DNA of 64,000 bases from Marsupella aquatica (lineage: Eukaryota; Plantae; Marchantiophyta), in the NCBI GenBank assembly GCA_973895155.1, contig OZ316897.1:11741832-11805831 (forward strand). The letters are read 5' to 3'. Shown here one piece after another: positions 38,107 to 49,701 of the stretch (position 1 is its first letter; each line of letters opens with the position of its first letter). Position numbers and translations under genes: made by a program. Below the pieces are notes generated by a model. It worked only from the letters and a program-made list of their open reading frames with translations, did not search any database and was not told the origin of the DNA.

Positions 38107-39548
38107 ATGCCCAAGGTCTTCAATCGATAGCAATGCTTGAAATGGGTTTGGGAGCAACTGTATTTGGGCATTCTCAATGAAAGTTCCAGTGATGAAGACA
38201 ACTTAATGTCCAGCAGTTCCGAAGGCTCTAAGTCAAGTACCAGTTCACCAGTGCTTTCTGTCTGAAGATGCAAGCACTGACTTGGAGTTGGATTCTTCTA
38301 GCGACTCATAAGCAGGGGTCATTGAACCCACTGATGTTCATGCTCCACCTACAAACTGGATAGAGTTGCATGCAATGCTAGAGAGCCAAAGATTCTTTGC
38401 TGATAGGTCTAAAAGAACCCAATCTAAACAGTTTGCTGATTTGTTTTTCAAGCATGAGTTGCCACCTGTTCTATTTAGGCAGATGTGTAGGATGGACAAG
38501 GAGGCATTCTTTAACCTAGTCAACTTGATAGAAATGCATCCTGTGTTTAGTAACAACTCTTTCCATGACCAGGCACCTGTTTCGCTGCAATTGGCCACTT
38601 GCTTGGACCGATTGGGGCATAATGGCAATGGATTTTGTTTGAGGCGAACACTTCTGGTCTGGGGAATTAGTGTCGGGTCATGTTGCAACTATTCCAGCAA
38701 AGTTGTTACTGCCCTCGAGTCTACTTTATCTGAATATGTGTCATGGCCAGCCAAGCAAGAATGGATGCCAATTTCAAGAGAATTTGTAAAGAAGGGATTC
38801 CCAAATTGTGTTGGGTTGATTGATGGTGAATTTACTTTGACTGTAAATCAAGGTACTCCATCAACACACAAATTGTATGTGATCACAAGAGGAAGATCCT
38901 CTTTGTTTACTCTGGTGAGTGTTTCAAGAACCTGCATTCGTTTTTTGACTGGAATGTGAATTTAATGAGCGATTTCTCATGGGATGTCTGTTTGTTGTGT
39001 TCAGGGATGCCTGGTTCGTGCCAGGATATAACTTGCTTGAAAAGATCAAAGCTTTGGGATGAAACTCATTCAAACTCAAACTTTGACAGAGGGCAATACA
39101 TCCTTGGTGACTCAGGTTATGTTAATGCTCCACATATGGTGGTGTCCTATAAGAATACATATAATCAAAGAGACAAGGAACAGTCAACACTTGTGTGGCA
39201 AAAACTAGATATGTGAATGAGCATTGCATAGGTGTGTTGAAATCACGGTGGTTCTCCTTGAAGAAGATTTGTACTCAGCTGAATGAGAATAAAGATAATG
39301 TTTGGAAGTGTCGTTGGATCAGGGCCTGTTGTCTGCTGCACAACTTTGTGTTATCTCAAAGTGATGTATGGACACTGGCTGATCAGGAAGGTACTCCGCT
39401 TGAAGCACAAGATCAAGATGAGGCAGGCAGACGGAACATTCAAGCCACCATAGCACGCAACCAGGCATCAGGAATGCAGGGAGGACATTGCAGAGGAGAG
39501 TAATGCAACATACATTGGCATTCAATCATGCACCTGGAGGCTGCCTAG
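38107..39548 (+). pseudogene. Harbinger/HARBI1-like DDE transposase (DDE_Tnp_4) with stops and frameshifts
   Basis: FRQMCRMDKEAFFNLV, QAPVSLQLATCLDRLGHNGNG, GFPNCVGLIDG, GMPGSCQD, QYILGDSGY, NEHCIGVLKSRW, ACCLLHNF. Confidence 0.9.
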
Positions 39549-39776
39549 ACGAAGACTTAGAGTAGATACAAGGGGATAACTCACAGGATAGTTAAATGAT
39601 AGAAGTAGATACAAGGGGATCATGCAATTTTGCATCACACTGGAAATCATGTAAATTCTTCTTTGAAATAGAAAAGTTGAATGATAATGTCAATTACAAT
39701 CAATGGAAGTTGTCATTTGCATGATGCCTTGAGGTACCAAAATTTCACTAGGCAAATGAGGCTGAAGCACAAGAAA

Positions 39777-41872
39777 CTAAGGGGTAAAATGCATGTCTGC
39801 ACCTAAACCAAACTCGTCAGTGAACACTGCATCTGCTTCAGGGGCAACTGCAGGAGGTGGAACATCAGCCTGCACTAACTTCATCAATCTGCTAATCTCT
39901 TCCTTTGATTTCTGGCTACGGACAAGCTCAGTAAGCAATGAAGTCTTCTTCAGGCTCATACTTGCCATCATCAGGTTGTGTTGTTGCTCAAGGCGTTGTC
40001 GTTTTTCAGCTTTGGCTGCCTGAAATTCCTAGGCCTCTACCTTCATTATGTGCGACCTCTCTTGACGATCCTTCTTGGATTGATCAATCCTGGCAAGGTT
40101 GCAATCCAACATTTCAGCCTGTTTCCACTTCTCTTTTCTCCCAATGAGCTCTCTCTTGAGATCCGATTTGTCTTTCCGACTTTCAATGTAGGCCCCTGCC
40201 AATGTATTCTTGGATGTTGTGCTTCCCTGGTTATCTTGTGACTGTTTCTTCTTTTGTCTGGTTTGATCATTCCCAGCCCCATTTGAATTGGTTCAACCTG
40301 GTGTGGGACCATTTCCTTGTGTCCCACAAGCCTCTGTGTAGAACTTGGTTGTTGATTCTGTGCAGGAGACACACATTGATTTTGTGCAGGATTGTTAGAT
40401 ATTTACTCAAGGTCTAGGGTTACGACATATAACCATAGTTAGGCTAACCGTAGTCGGAGACGTGGTTAGGTTAACTAGGATGCACACTATATGTCAAACA
40501 GTGTTTGCTTGGATAAGTGAAACTTAGGCTCATTGTTACGGAGCCACTTGAGAGAGATGAGGAGAACTTACACTATGGAGACTTGGTATGGCCGATGGGC
40601 TTAGAGTTCAGTAAAGCTCTCTTGTGTGTTCTCGTGGACGTAACCTCGAGGAGGTGAACCACGTATCTCTTATGTCGACTACTTGCGTATTGGATGTGTC
40701 ATGTGCTTACCATTGCGATTGTCGTCTATGCTCAACAAGGAGATGGGCGATGATTTTGGGATGGCAATGGAGCACACTCCTCTGTTCCAACAGACGAAGT
40801 CTACTCAGGAATTGTTGGTGGGCTTCCTTCTTCAGAAATTGGTTGGGTCCAGGTCAGGGTTTAGTTGCATTGTCCTTTAAATGCACTGGAGTAGAACCAC
40901 TGTCATTGACTTCAGCAGGTCCATCTATACAACAAAAGAAGAACATTGATTGTCATTCATCTATGAAGAAAATAAGCCACTCACCTATTCAGTTGTAAAT
41001 TATACATTCAACAGCAACTCGCCGGTCATGATTTATGTTGGCTCTGGTGCTTGTGCCTCCTCACAATCTTTGTCCATGTCTTCATCACAATCTTTTGCAC
41101 CTTTAGCTTCATCTTCATCACACAAAATATATAATGAGCCCTGAATTACAAAAGCCTTGGTTGAAACTACCGGGAGGAGCCACATTGGCTTGATTCCCAT
41201 AAATTTATCGCATACAATCAAAATGTGGGCACAATTTCTCCAATTTCCCTTGAAGTGTCATGCCAGTTTGATACTCCTCTTCTGTGAGGCTCCCACCGCT
41301 AGAGTTTTTCAGGACCAAAGCCTTCCTAAACATGTCCACATACCTCCCAAATCTCTTGCTTAGATTTTCTCCATCCATCATAGGGAAATCGTACTTAGCC
41401 AGGACCATTGCCATGCTTGTGAAAACTGACTTCTTAGATTGGTATTTTCCGCCAGGCCTCTTCTTCCCGGAGCCATATATGTATGGCATTGAAATTCTCT
41501 GGAATCTCTACATAATCCAAAATCTTGGCATAGCTAGTCGTCCAACGTGAGCTTAGTGCCCCTATCAACTGGTGCTCTTGCAGGTCGACGTCCTCCTTGG
41601 CCAGGTCCGCTGAGACATCTTCCACCTTGTGCTGCCCCTCCAATGTGGGAACTTGGGTGAGGCAGTGGCACACCTTGCCCAAAAACTCCTGAGACCGATG
41701 GACGTGGAGCTTGAAATGGCGTTTTTGCTACTCTTGCAAAGTTATTGGCAGCCATGACAGCACCAGTCTCACAGTTCTCCTCGCTCCTGTGAGTAGTTGA
41801 CTGCTCAGCATCTGCTTGTAAATCTTGCTCTTGTGCTCCAAGAATAGGGAGGGAATCGCATAAGGCATCCAT
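39777..41872 (-). pseudogene. Second (DNA-binding partner-type) ORF of the Harbinger element, disrupted by a frameshift and a solo LTR
   Basis: Convergent to the transposase inside the TIRs; ILDYVEIPENF, YGSGKK...KRFGRYV...GGSLTEEE...KLEKLCPHF; coiled-coil-like C-terminus (ELVRSQKSKEEISRLM). Confidence 0.7.
40393..40737 (+). mobile_element. Solo LTR of the copia B family
   Basis: TGTTAGATAT...CTATGCTCAACA, 345 bp, reverse-complement homolog of 15766-16109; TSD AGGAT / AGGAG (4/5). Confidence 0.9.
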
Positions 41873-44800
41873 GACAAGAACTTAAGAACTAATTGGCCAA
41901 TATGTCTATCCTGGCGTAGCACGAAATTGTAGATTGAATGCGTAGGTTGCTGAGTGGTTCAATCACGAAGAATGTCAAGCGCGGTGAGAGTTGTTTCCAG
42001 ACTTTGAAATTCAAAATGGAGATGGCGGGTGGGCCTGGCCCTTGTATTCCTGGCCGTTTTGGGACGGCCCGACACTCTTGCAAGTCCAAGCGCAGCCTAA
42101 CCCGGGGCGTCTCAGAACTGCATGTACCCCTGCCTCCAACGGTCCGTCACTATGCACCATGTGGGGCCACATGGCCTACGGTCAGTTACCAAAAAAATCT
42201 GGGCGGCCCAAATATTGAGACCCCCTACTGTCCCGGTTGCTTTTGTCTGACCTTGCTTCCTCACTGTAGTTGGTGATATATGCGCCCATGTGCATATTTG
42301 GAAAGTTCCATGCACATAATCTGGCCAAGAAACACCAAAGGAACTCCAATGTGTTGTAGTTTAACAAGGTATCCAGATCCTAAGAATTTGTTTGGAATTG
42401 TTGCTTTGAGGATTCGATATGTATTCCTTAGTAGACTCCTAAACCTGTCATATTTTATTGCATATGTTTGCAGGATTGCATCATACCCTTCACTTTGTTA
42501 TGAGTTTTCTCTTTGTCTCACCAGACTCCTCTCCTTCCAAGTTTCTTGTCTATTCTTTTCTTATAGGATTGGTAGGCTTGCATGAGCTATATGAGAATAA
42601 GTTCCTCAAATGTCATAATATCTTATCTTTATGATATTACGGTGATTACCATACCATTACTACACTATGTGTCACATTGAGATAATTAATGTACTTGATT
42701 GTCTTGTGCTGAGTCTATGGCAAGTGAAACTTCAAATATTAAAAATTGCAGTATAAGGCAATCAAGTACGGTACTGTAGATACTTTTCAGAACCACTCGT
42801 AACCGCCACGAGAAACCGAGATGAGCTCCTTTTTGGCCTTGAATGAATGGGCCTAGCACATGGCCGTGCATACATACAGTAGTACATAATAGTTTGTTGA
42901 CCAATATCATGAATAGTTACACCCAGAAACACTCTACCGCATCTTCCAAGTTATTGCGTAACTAAACAATTAAAAGAGTCACGCAAAAGTCGATTTGATG
43001 TGATTCCCTGATGAGGGACTAGCCCCTACATGCCCTCATATCAATGCCAACCAGGATGCCAACACGGAAATTTTGAAATATTGTACGAGTTCCACTGAAG
43101 TAGAAATAGTTTGATAGCAGAATACTTGTAGCAATTTTTCCCGCTCATCTCGGATTTCTTCCATCACTACGGTCCGATATGTCCAAAGATTTAGATCGTG
43201 GAGTACTGGACTGTACCAACAGAGAACCCCTGAATTCGATGTGAGTTTGTGAATGCTGAAGCCGCTACAACAGGAAGTTGCAGAGTTGGGGACCCAACGT
43301 TGCATTGTATTGCATGCAACACGATATTTCCTACTGTAGACAGAAAGATTGTCAGCCTGAGGCAATCATGCACATGCTTTGTTTCTGTAGTCCCTGGTCA
43401 CATGTCTCTTGCTATTGTGGTACTGACTTTATATTTCCCAATGAGCAGTCTGCGATTGGTGGGTCCTGACTTCTGACTCCTGAGCTACGGATTGCAGTCC
43501 TCGAGCTGCCGGTTTCTGCCCTGGGTGCACACTGCATACTAGGTTTGGTGGCTTCCACACTCAGGCAAAATGAATCTCCCTTTTAATTACCATCTTTGAA
43601 AATTAAAGTAATCACTGAAAGGTAGTTTTGGTGGCTTCCACACTTAGACAAAATGAAACAATTTCCTTTGAATATTACAAACCTGAATGCCAGAAAATGA
43701 TGTTCCCATGGACCGTAGACAAAAACATACAATTAGGATCGACTAATTGGGAATATTCCCTATCACATTGTGAGTACAATGTGGTCCATCTGAGTTGCAA
43801 AAATCCATGGGAGCATTTTGACAAACCTAGAGGTCTATCCAGGCTTCATTTTGCTGAATGCCATCATTGAAAATTAATAAAACTGATAACAAAAATTTCA
43901 TCTTCTTTAAAGCCACATCAATTTTGGTGATGCCCTAGAGTTACTTTTTAAATACTTTGCTCTAAAACCCTAGACCCCAACTCTAGCTTCTCATGGCCAT
44001 TAGTAACAGATAGCACTTGGTAAGTACTTAAAACATGGCGATTAGTTATATAGTGGTGACTACAGTAGTTATATAGATAAAGATATAGCATGCTCATCCT
44101 GGAACAATCATGCTTGCTTATTTGTCTTGTAGTGATTCTCTTTCAACGAGAGGTAGAATACTTTCTCACTTTGAAAAAGGCAATTACATTAACTATAATT
44201 GTACACTGTGTTTAACTATTGTACTGTGGGTACAATATTAGTTGAAAGAGAAATATGTGAACTTTTTAACCTTTAATTTTGAGCTGTATTTTTAGGGGCT
44301 CTTTATTCAAGTGACACTTATTGATGTATAAACCATAAGCTGCATTGTAAAGTTATCAACCAGTGGGGATATAAGTTACAGTACATCCAACTATTGAGTT
44401 CTAGTTGCCCAGTTGATCCTGGTGGAGAGTCTCTCCTTCTCAAAAATAAGGATGAATTGAGCAGAGCAAAGTAGAGTCGTAAAAAGATCAACATTTACTC
44501 TAAAGTACCTGATTCAAACTAAGGCATTTAAAAAATTTAAGGGGGTTAGAAGAAATTACTAAATTTGAAATAGTACAAAACAAAAGCCTAGACTAGGTCA
44601 AATGCACATAAAAATACATGACAAGCAACATGAATAAGACAAGACAACAAAAAGCTGCTCCGCCATATAGCAGCCTAAAAAAAAAGAGTAAGATAGATAA
44701 AGAGTATGTTCTGCAAAACATAGCACTTGACAAGTCTTTAAAACTTGATGCTTAGATGGATCATCATATTTGACCCATTATGGCTTACCTCAGCACATGT

Positions 44801-45872
44801 GGGAAAGTTCTGACAACACAGGGGTCCATCCTTTTCTTTGCACTACAGGCAGCAAGATCATAGGTGCTTATTGATGTCGTGAAGCGTGTTACTCTTCAAG
44901 CTCTCGCTGAGACTTAGTATACATCAAGGTACACATGTGGGCGCATGATTGCCTGTGAATTTGCCCAGTCCTCTGTCACAGAGATTATGTGTTGATCCTA
45001 CCATTGTCCGATATGGTTGTCATATCTCGGCTCATGTTGTGGTGGCCAACCCTGCACATCAGGACATCATCAAGATACTTAGGAGTGACAGAGGCAGGAG
45101 TAGCAACCACATGAGAGACAACCAAAAGGAGACAAAACATGACACACAAATTTCATCAGATAATCCACCCCCCTCCCTTTGGAGGATTAAAGATTAAATT
45201 TCACAAAATTGGCACATCATGTATGACAAAGAATAGGGTCATTCTATTGGGTATGAGGGTCAAACACTTGGAAATTTTTGTAGAAAAATGTTAGGGTCTT
45301 TTAAATGCAATCTTGAGTCTTGTAAGAACATTAGGGTCATTTTAGTCAAATTTTTAGAATATTCAAACTCTATATTAATACGTAAATTAAATTTTAATTT
45401 TTTTTTAACATTTTAGGGGGTCTCGGACTTAAAACAGCACAGGTGATGGGGGGCCTCTATATAGTGAGACCCCCCCTTGCTATTGAGATATTTAGCAACT
45501 CCATCATCAGTTTGATGGACTTCTTTTTTGTTACGGACCCCCATTAGGGGTCTCTTGCAAATTGTCTGCCATGAGGTTGCGCCACATCACCACAACCAGC
45601 CACAAACAGGAATGATCCTACTTTTAGCAATAACAAACATGCAATTCCTGTTTGTGGCAAAAGCAACGTAATTTTTGGGGCGCCATGCCATAAATATTAA
45701 ACGTAAAAAAAACAAAATACAAAGGAAGAGATGTCATTTAGTAAAACAAAGTTACCATTTTGATGTTTGTCAAAAATATATTAGTGTTTTATATCAAAAA
45801 ATTTGTATTTTTTAATTGTAAATGTACATACTTAAAATCCCTTTGGCTTCACATTGTAAAACTAAATAATAA

Positions 45873-46350
45873 ATCTCCTTAGTACTTGATAAAATCTGCC
45901 AATGTTTGATTCATTGGAAAATTCAAGATCAAGATTTAGAAACTCATGATCTCTTTAGTAATGTCTTGATAAAATCTCTCAATGTCACACTCATTAGAAA
46001 ATTAGAGTAAAATTAAAAACTCATCATCTCCTTAGTGCTGACAAAATCTATCAATGTTAGGTTCATTGGAAAGTTAGAGAAATTTAGATATTCATGATCT
46101 CTCTATTTCTTGACAAATAATCTCAATGTCACACATTAGAAAGTTAAAGAGATTGAAAATCTCCTGATCTCTTGAGTACCGTGACAAAATCTGACATGAA
46201 TTTGTCAATGTTGGACTCAATGTTAGAAAGCTAAAAGAATTCATGAACTCATGATCAAAATTTATTATACTCACACTCATTGGAAAGTCAAAGAAATTCA
46301 AAAACTCATATGGAACTTGACAAAATTTGTCAATTTGAGGCTCATTGGAA
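45873..46350. repeat. Degenerate ~70-75-bp tandem array, about 7 units
   Basis: Recurring TCATGATCTC..TTGAYAAAATCT..CAATGT..TCATTRGAAA. Confidence 0.8.
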
Positions 46351-47163
46351 ACCCTTTCTCGATTAAGAGATATCACAATCTCGTCACCGTCACAAACTTA
46401 GCCACTACAAATTGATTTATTTGATTATGTCGCCATCGCTGGTCCACAATGCTTGCTTCCCGGCTTGAATTGTTCGCATCTCTTAGATAGTCTTCAACTG
46501 AAAACACAGGTTGACGCCAAATGCAACCTTTATGTCAAAGAAACAATTGTTGGTCTTCCATTCACACCATAGCTTTCTTAAATAAAAATAACTACAAATC
46601 CTTTGTTTGAAATGATGGCTCGTTCGTTTAGTGTGTTCTTCCCACCAAATCGACAAGTGCTCTTTTGCCAACAACTGAGTGTTGTGCTCTAGTCTGTCTT
46701 GTGGCGGTAATGCTCAATGTAACTCACAAACAATTAATCAACAAATGGTTGAAAGATGATTTCTCCAATGTGTAAGCAAAACCCATAAGAAAACTCAATT
46801 CCTCCACATTCAACCTTCCGTTTGATAAATCTCTATCTTTCGGGCATTTGTTTTTGTACGAGCACACACCAACACCATCGGGAGACTCAAAATCGTTAGT
46901 TACTGTCTTGATGAAAATTGATTTCACTTAATCACACACACATTCCTTGGATGAACATGGGGGTCCACGGATTAATTGTCTCCATGTGGTTGCTCAAGAC
47001 ATTCATGAATGGGTGGGTTTCATTGGACCACCCCTATCCATTTTGACCACACAATTTTGTCAGTCAATTTCATTAACGTTGCAGTGTGCTCAAGTTCAAG
47101 CAATGTATTGTATATCTTTAGTTGTGGATACTAGTGCGCCTCCGCGTCGGCTTTCCCCCTAAG

Positions 47164-47399
47164 TGTTGAACATAGACGACAATCATAATGATAAGCACAT
47201 GACACATCCAATGCGTAAGTAGTCGACACAAGAGATACATGATTCATCTCCTTGAGGTTACGTTCACGGGAACACACAAGAAAGTTTTACTGAACTCTAA
47301 GTCCATCGGTTATACCAAATCTTCACAATATAAACTCTCCTCATTTCTCAAGTGGCTTCATAACAATGTGCCTATGTGCCTAACTTACACTTGTCCAAA
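47164..47399 (-). mobile_element. Truncated solo LTR of the copia B family
   Basis: TGTTGAACATAGACGAC...CACGGGAACACACAAG matches the copies at 15766 and 40393-40737. Confidence 0.85.
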
Positions 47400-47698
47400 C
47401 CTTTAATAATTTATCTATCTTCTATTCCCTAGAGATGGGGCCCATGACAACCTTCTCATCATTGGGCAGCTGACGTGAAGTTTGTGTGGTAAATTCTCGT
47501 TTCTGTTTATGATCGCGATCCTCTCTGCTTCTGCCACATTTTTGATCCTCGTGCAGCGCATGCTTCTAGATCTCGTAAACCCCTCGTGAATTTTTTTCTT
47601 TGTATCTGTGTACCAGGTTATGAGACATTACCCCCAGGTGAAGCCACGAACCCCTGGGCCAGCCTGGCCTGGAGATTATGAAATTTGAATGAGAAATA

Positions 47699-47879
47699 GG
47701 GTAACTGCAAGTGACAGACAGTGACAGATAAGACTTTTACTGTGTCAAACTGAACTAAATGTTGTGTAAAAATTCACTCAGGCTTTAAACTTGGTAACTC
47801 ATCCCCACTTGGGGATAATGGATGTAACCCCCTTGGGCTCAGAGCCCTCTGGGATTACATCCCATTACCCCCGGTTACC
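47699..47879. mobile_element. Possible small MITE containing a ~60-nt hairpin
   Basis: TA|GGGTAAC ... GTTACC|TA; imperfect palindrome at 47811-47871. Confidence 0.35.
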
Positions 47880-48873
47880 TACACATATCTAGTTCTATCT
47901 CTGAGTTCTATCATATTCGTTGTGTAGTTTTCTGTGCTCTCTATTCCCGAGCCCTCCATAGCTCCATCTTCCACTGCGAATCCTCAGAGGAAGACATTCG
48001 TTAATTAACACTTTTCACTTGAGTTGATAACCATCTTCCGGCTCCCGAGGGTTGATAATTCTGAGGAGTCGTCGAGATTTTGAAGTATTAATACTTGATT
48101 CACTGGACGGTGAAGGGCCCACTCTGTTTTTTCAGTAGAGCCTCAGAAGAACCCAACGCTGCGAAAGTAAGGTGTTGGTGTGTGCGCGAATTGATGCAGG
48201 TAGTCCATTAATTGTCTCTCGTTGGGCATCCGCCGCTCCATAAGATAGAGTTGATATTGTATGCAGTGCAATGTAATATAATGTAGAGATGCTTGTAGTT
48301 GAAAGGATTTTTGTTGAGCTGGACAATTAGTTCATCGCCACCGTCAGATTTTGGTCCGGTTAAATCGTTGATCCTTGGCTTTCTACTTGTTTGTGTTCTG
48401 TTGCCTCTGCGTTAGTTGTGTTCTATTGATTAGTCAAGCTATCTTATATTTGTACATTTCCAACTTCGTTTTTGCGAACCCTCACTCTCGCTCTCTCCTT
48501 TTCACGGAGACTTGTCTAATGGATTGTACTGTCACAGGCCTCGGTCTGGCCCTCCATGATTTCCTGATCCATGATTTTATCGGCTTGCATTGCTGTGGTA
48601 ATCGGGTCTCTCATGGTGGTGAAAGTTGCTTTGGTCGGCTTCTTCACAACTGTCGATCCTGATTCGTTCCGGGCTAGGATGAGGGAGAGATTCCGAATAT
48701 TGGTGCACACCCCGAGCAGTTCTCGCAATTGAAACCTTCGATTACCTGTCCTCTTCCTCCTCCTCTCTCTGTATCTCGCTCCCGCAATCAGATTTCTCGC
48801 ATGTCAGGGAATTATTCTGCTTTTCTCTTCAATTTGTTTTCCCCTAAATTTGACCAAAAAAAGGGTTTACGCC

Positions 48874-49701
48874 ATGAATCTACCCGAGTTCTCGTCTGCT
48901 CTTCAAGCCCCTTCGATGTCGTTCACATTTCCTTCCTACAGTTCAATTCCTCCTACGTCTTCTTCAGTATCTAGATCCTATTCTTCATGCAATTCAGGGT
49001 GCCCCTTTTCTGCCTCTAGCACGCACGGATTCGGATCTGCATCTCCCACAATTCAACCGACAGACAATGCTGGAAAGAAATATGTCAGATCTCGTAGTTG
49101 TGGGCCTCTGAAGACGATGAGCATGAGATGTGCTGCCGTAGGAAACGGAGGCGATGGGGAACCAGATGCGAGCAATGTGGCAGGAGGGGAATTGGTAGTC
49201 ACCGGCATTGAAAACAAGGACGACCTTTTGGTTTCTGGTAGCCCAATTGTAATTGTAGAAGCCCCTGTAATGTTGAAAACAGCGGAGCCCATGCCAATGA
49301 TGCGTCCCAACACAGGTGTTTTAAAATCTGGAGATGCTGGCAGGTAAATCTATCGCCGACATAGTTTTGAAACCCTAATTTTTATGAATTCTTCCTAAAG
49401 TCATTTCTCTCTCGCACTGTCTGTGTTGAGAACAACAAATCGGGTTAAAGCCATGATATTTTTGACGTGCCTTGCTTCCCCTGTGGTGTGTATGACTAGG
49501 GATGGCAGAGGCGGAAGGGGTTTGGGAAATTAAGTTCCCTTTTCGATCTGGAAAGAGGTTCATCAATTTGCTCGCAACTAACTTGAGTTTTCCCCTGTTT
49601 GCAGGGTCATTGACAGGTGACCGAAGGGTTTGTGGGCTGTTAGGTTTGCGGTGGGGGCATATCTTATTGAACGCAAGTGCTTCGAGCCTCTGGACGTCTA
49701 A
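48874..49701 (+). pseudogene. CRR42: CRR42 / SipA (DUF3148) homolog, plastid-targeted, 2 exons, in-frame TGA at 49618-49620
   Basis: Exon 1 48874-49343 has a Ser-rich transit peptide and IVEAPVMLKTAEPMPMMRP..GDAG. Exon 2 49605-49701 reads RVIDR*PKGLWAVRFAVGAYLIERKCFEPLDV. The intron is GT-AG. Confidence 0.85.

Larger units (their letters stand above)
36661..42226. mobile_element. PIF/Harbinger (PHIS) superfamily DNA transposon, degenerate
   Basis: TIRs GGGGGTTCTCAATATTAGGGTCGC (36661-36684) and GCGGCCCAAATATTGAGACCCCCT (42203-42226), 20/24 inverted match; flanks ATT / ACT; encloses convergent transposase and partner ORFs. Confidence 0.85.

Noticed and set aside
45873-46350. Arrays here and at 20700-20985 as CRISPR-like
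   Set aside because: Units are degenerate along their whole length, with no unique spacers and no cas genes; the context is eukaryotic.
49618-49620. TGA as selenocysteine or a U-to-C editing site
   Set aside because: Land plants lack Sec machinery, the homologous residue is Arg/Lys, and U-to-C editing is known from organellar rather than nuclear mRNAs.
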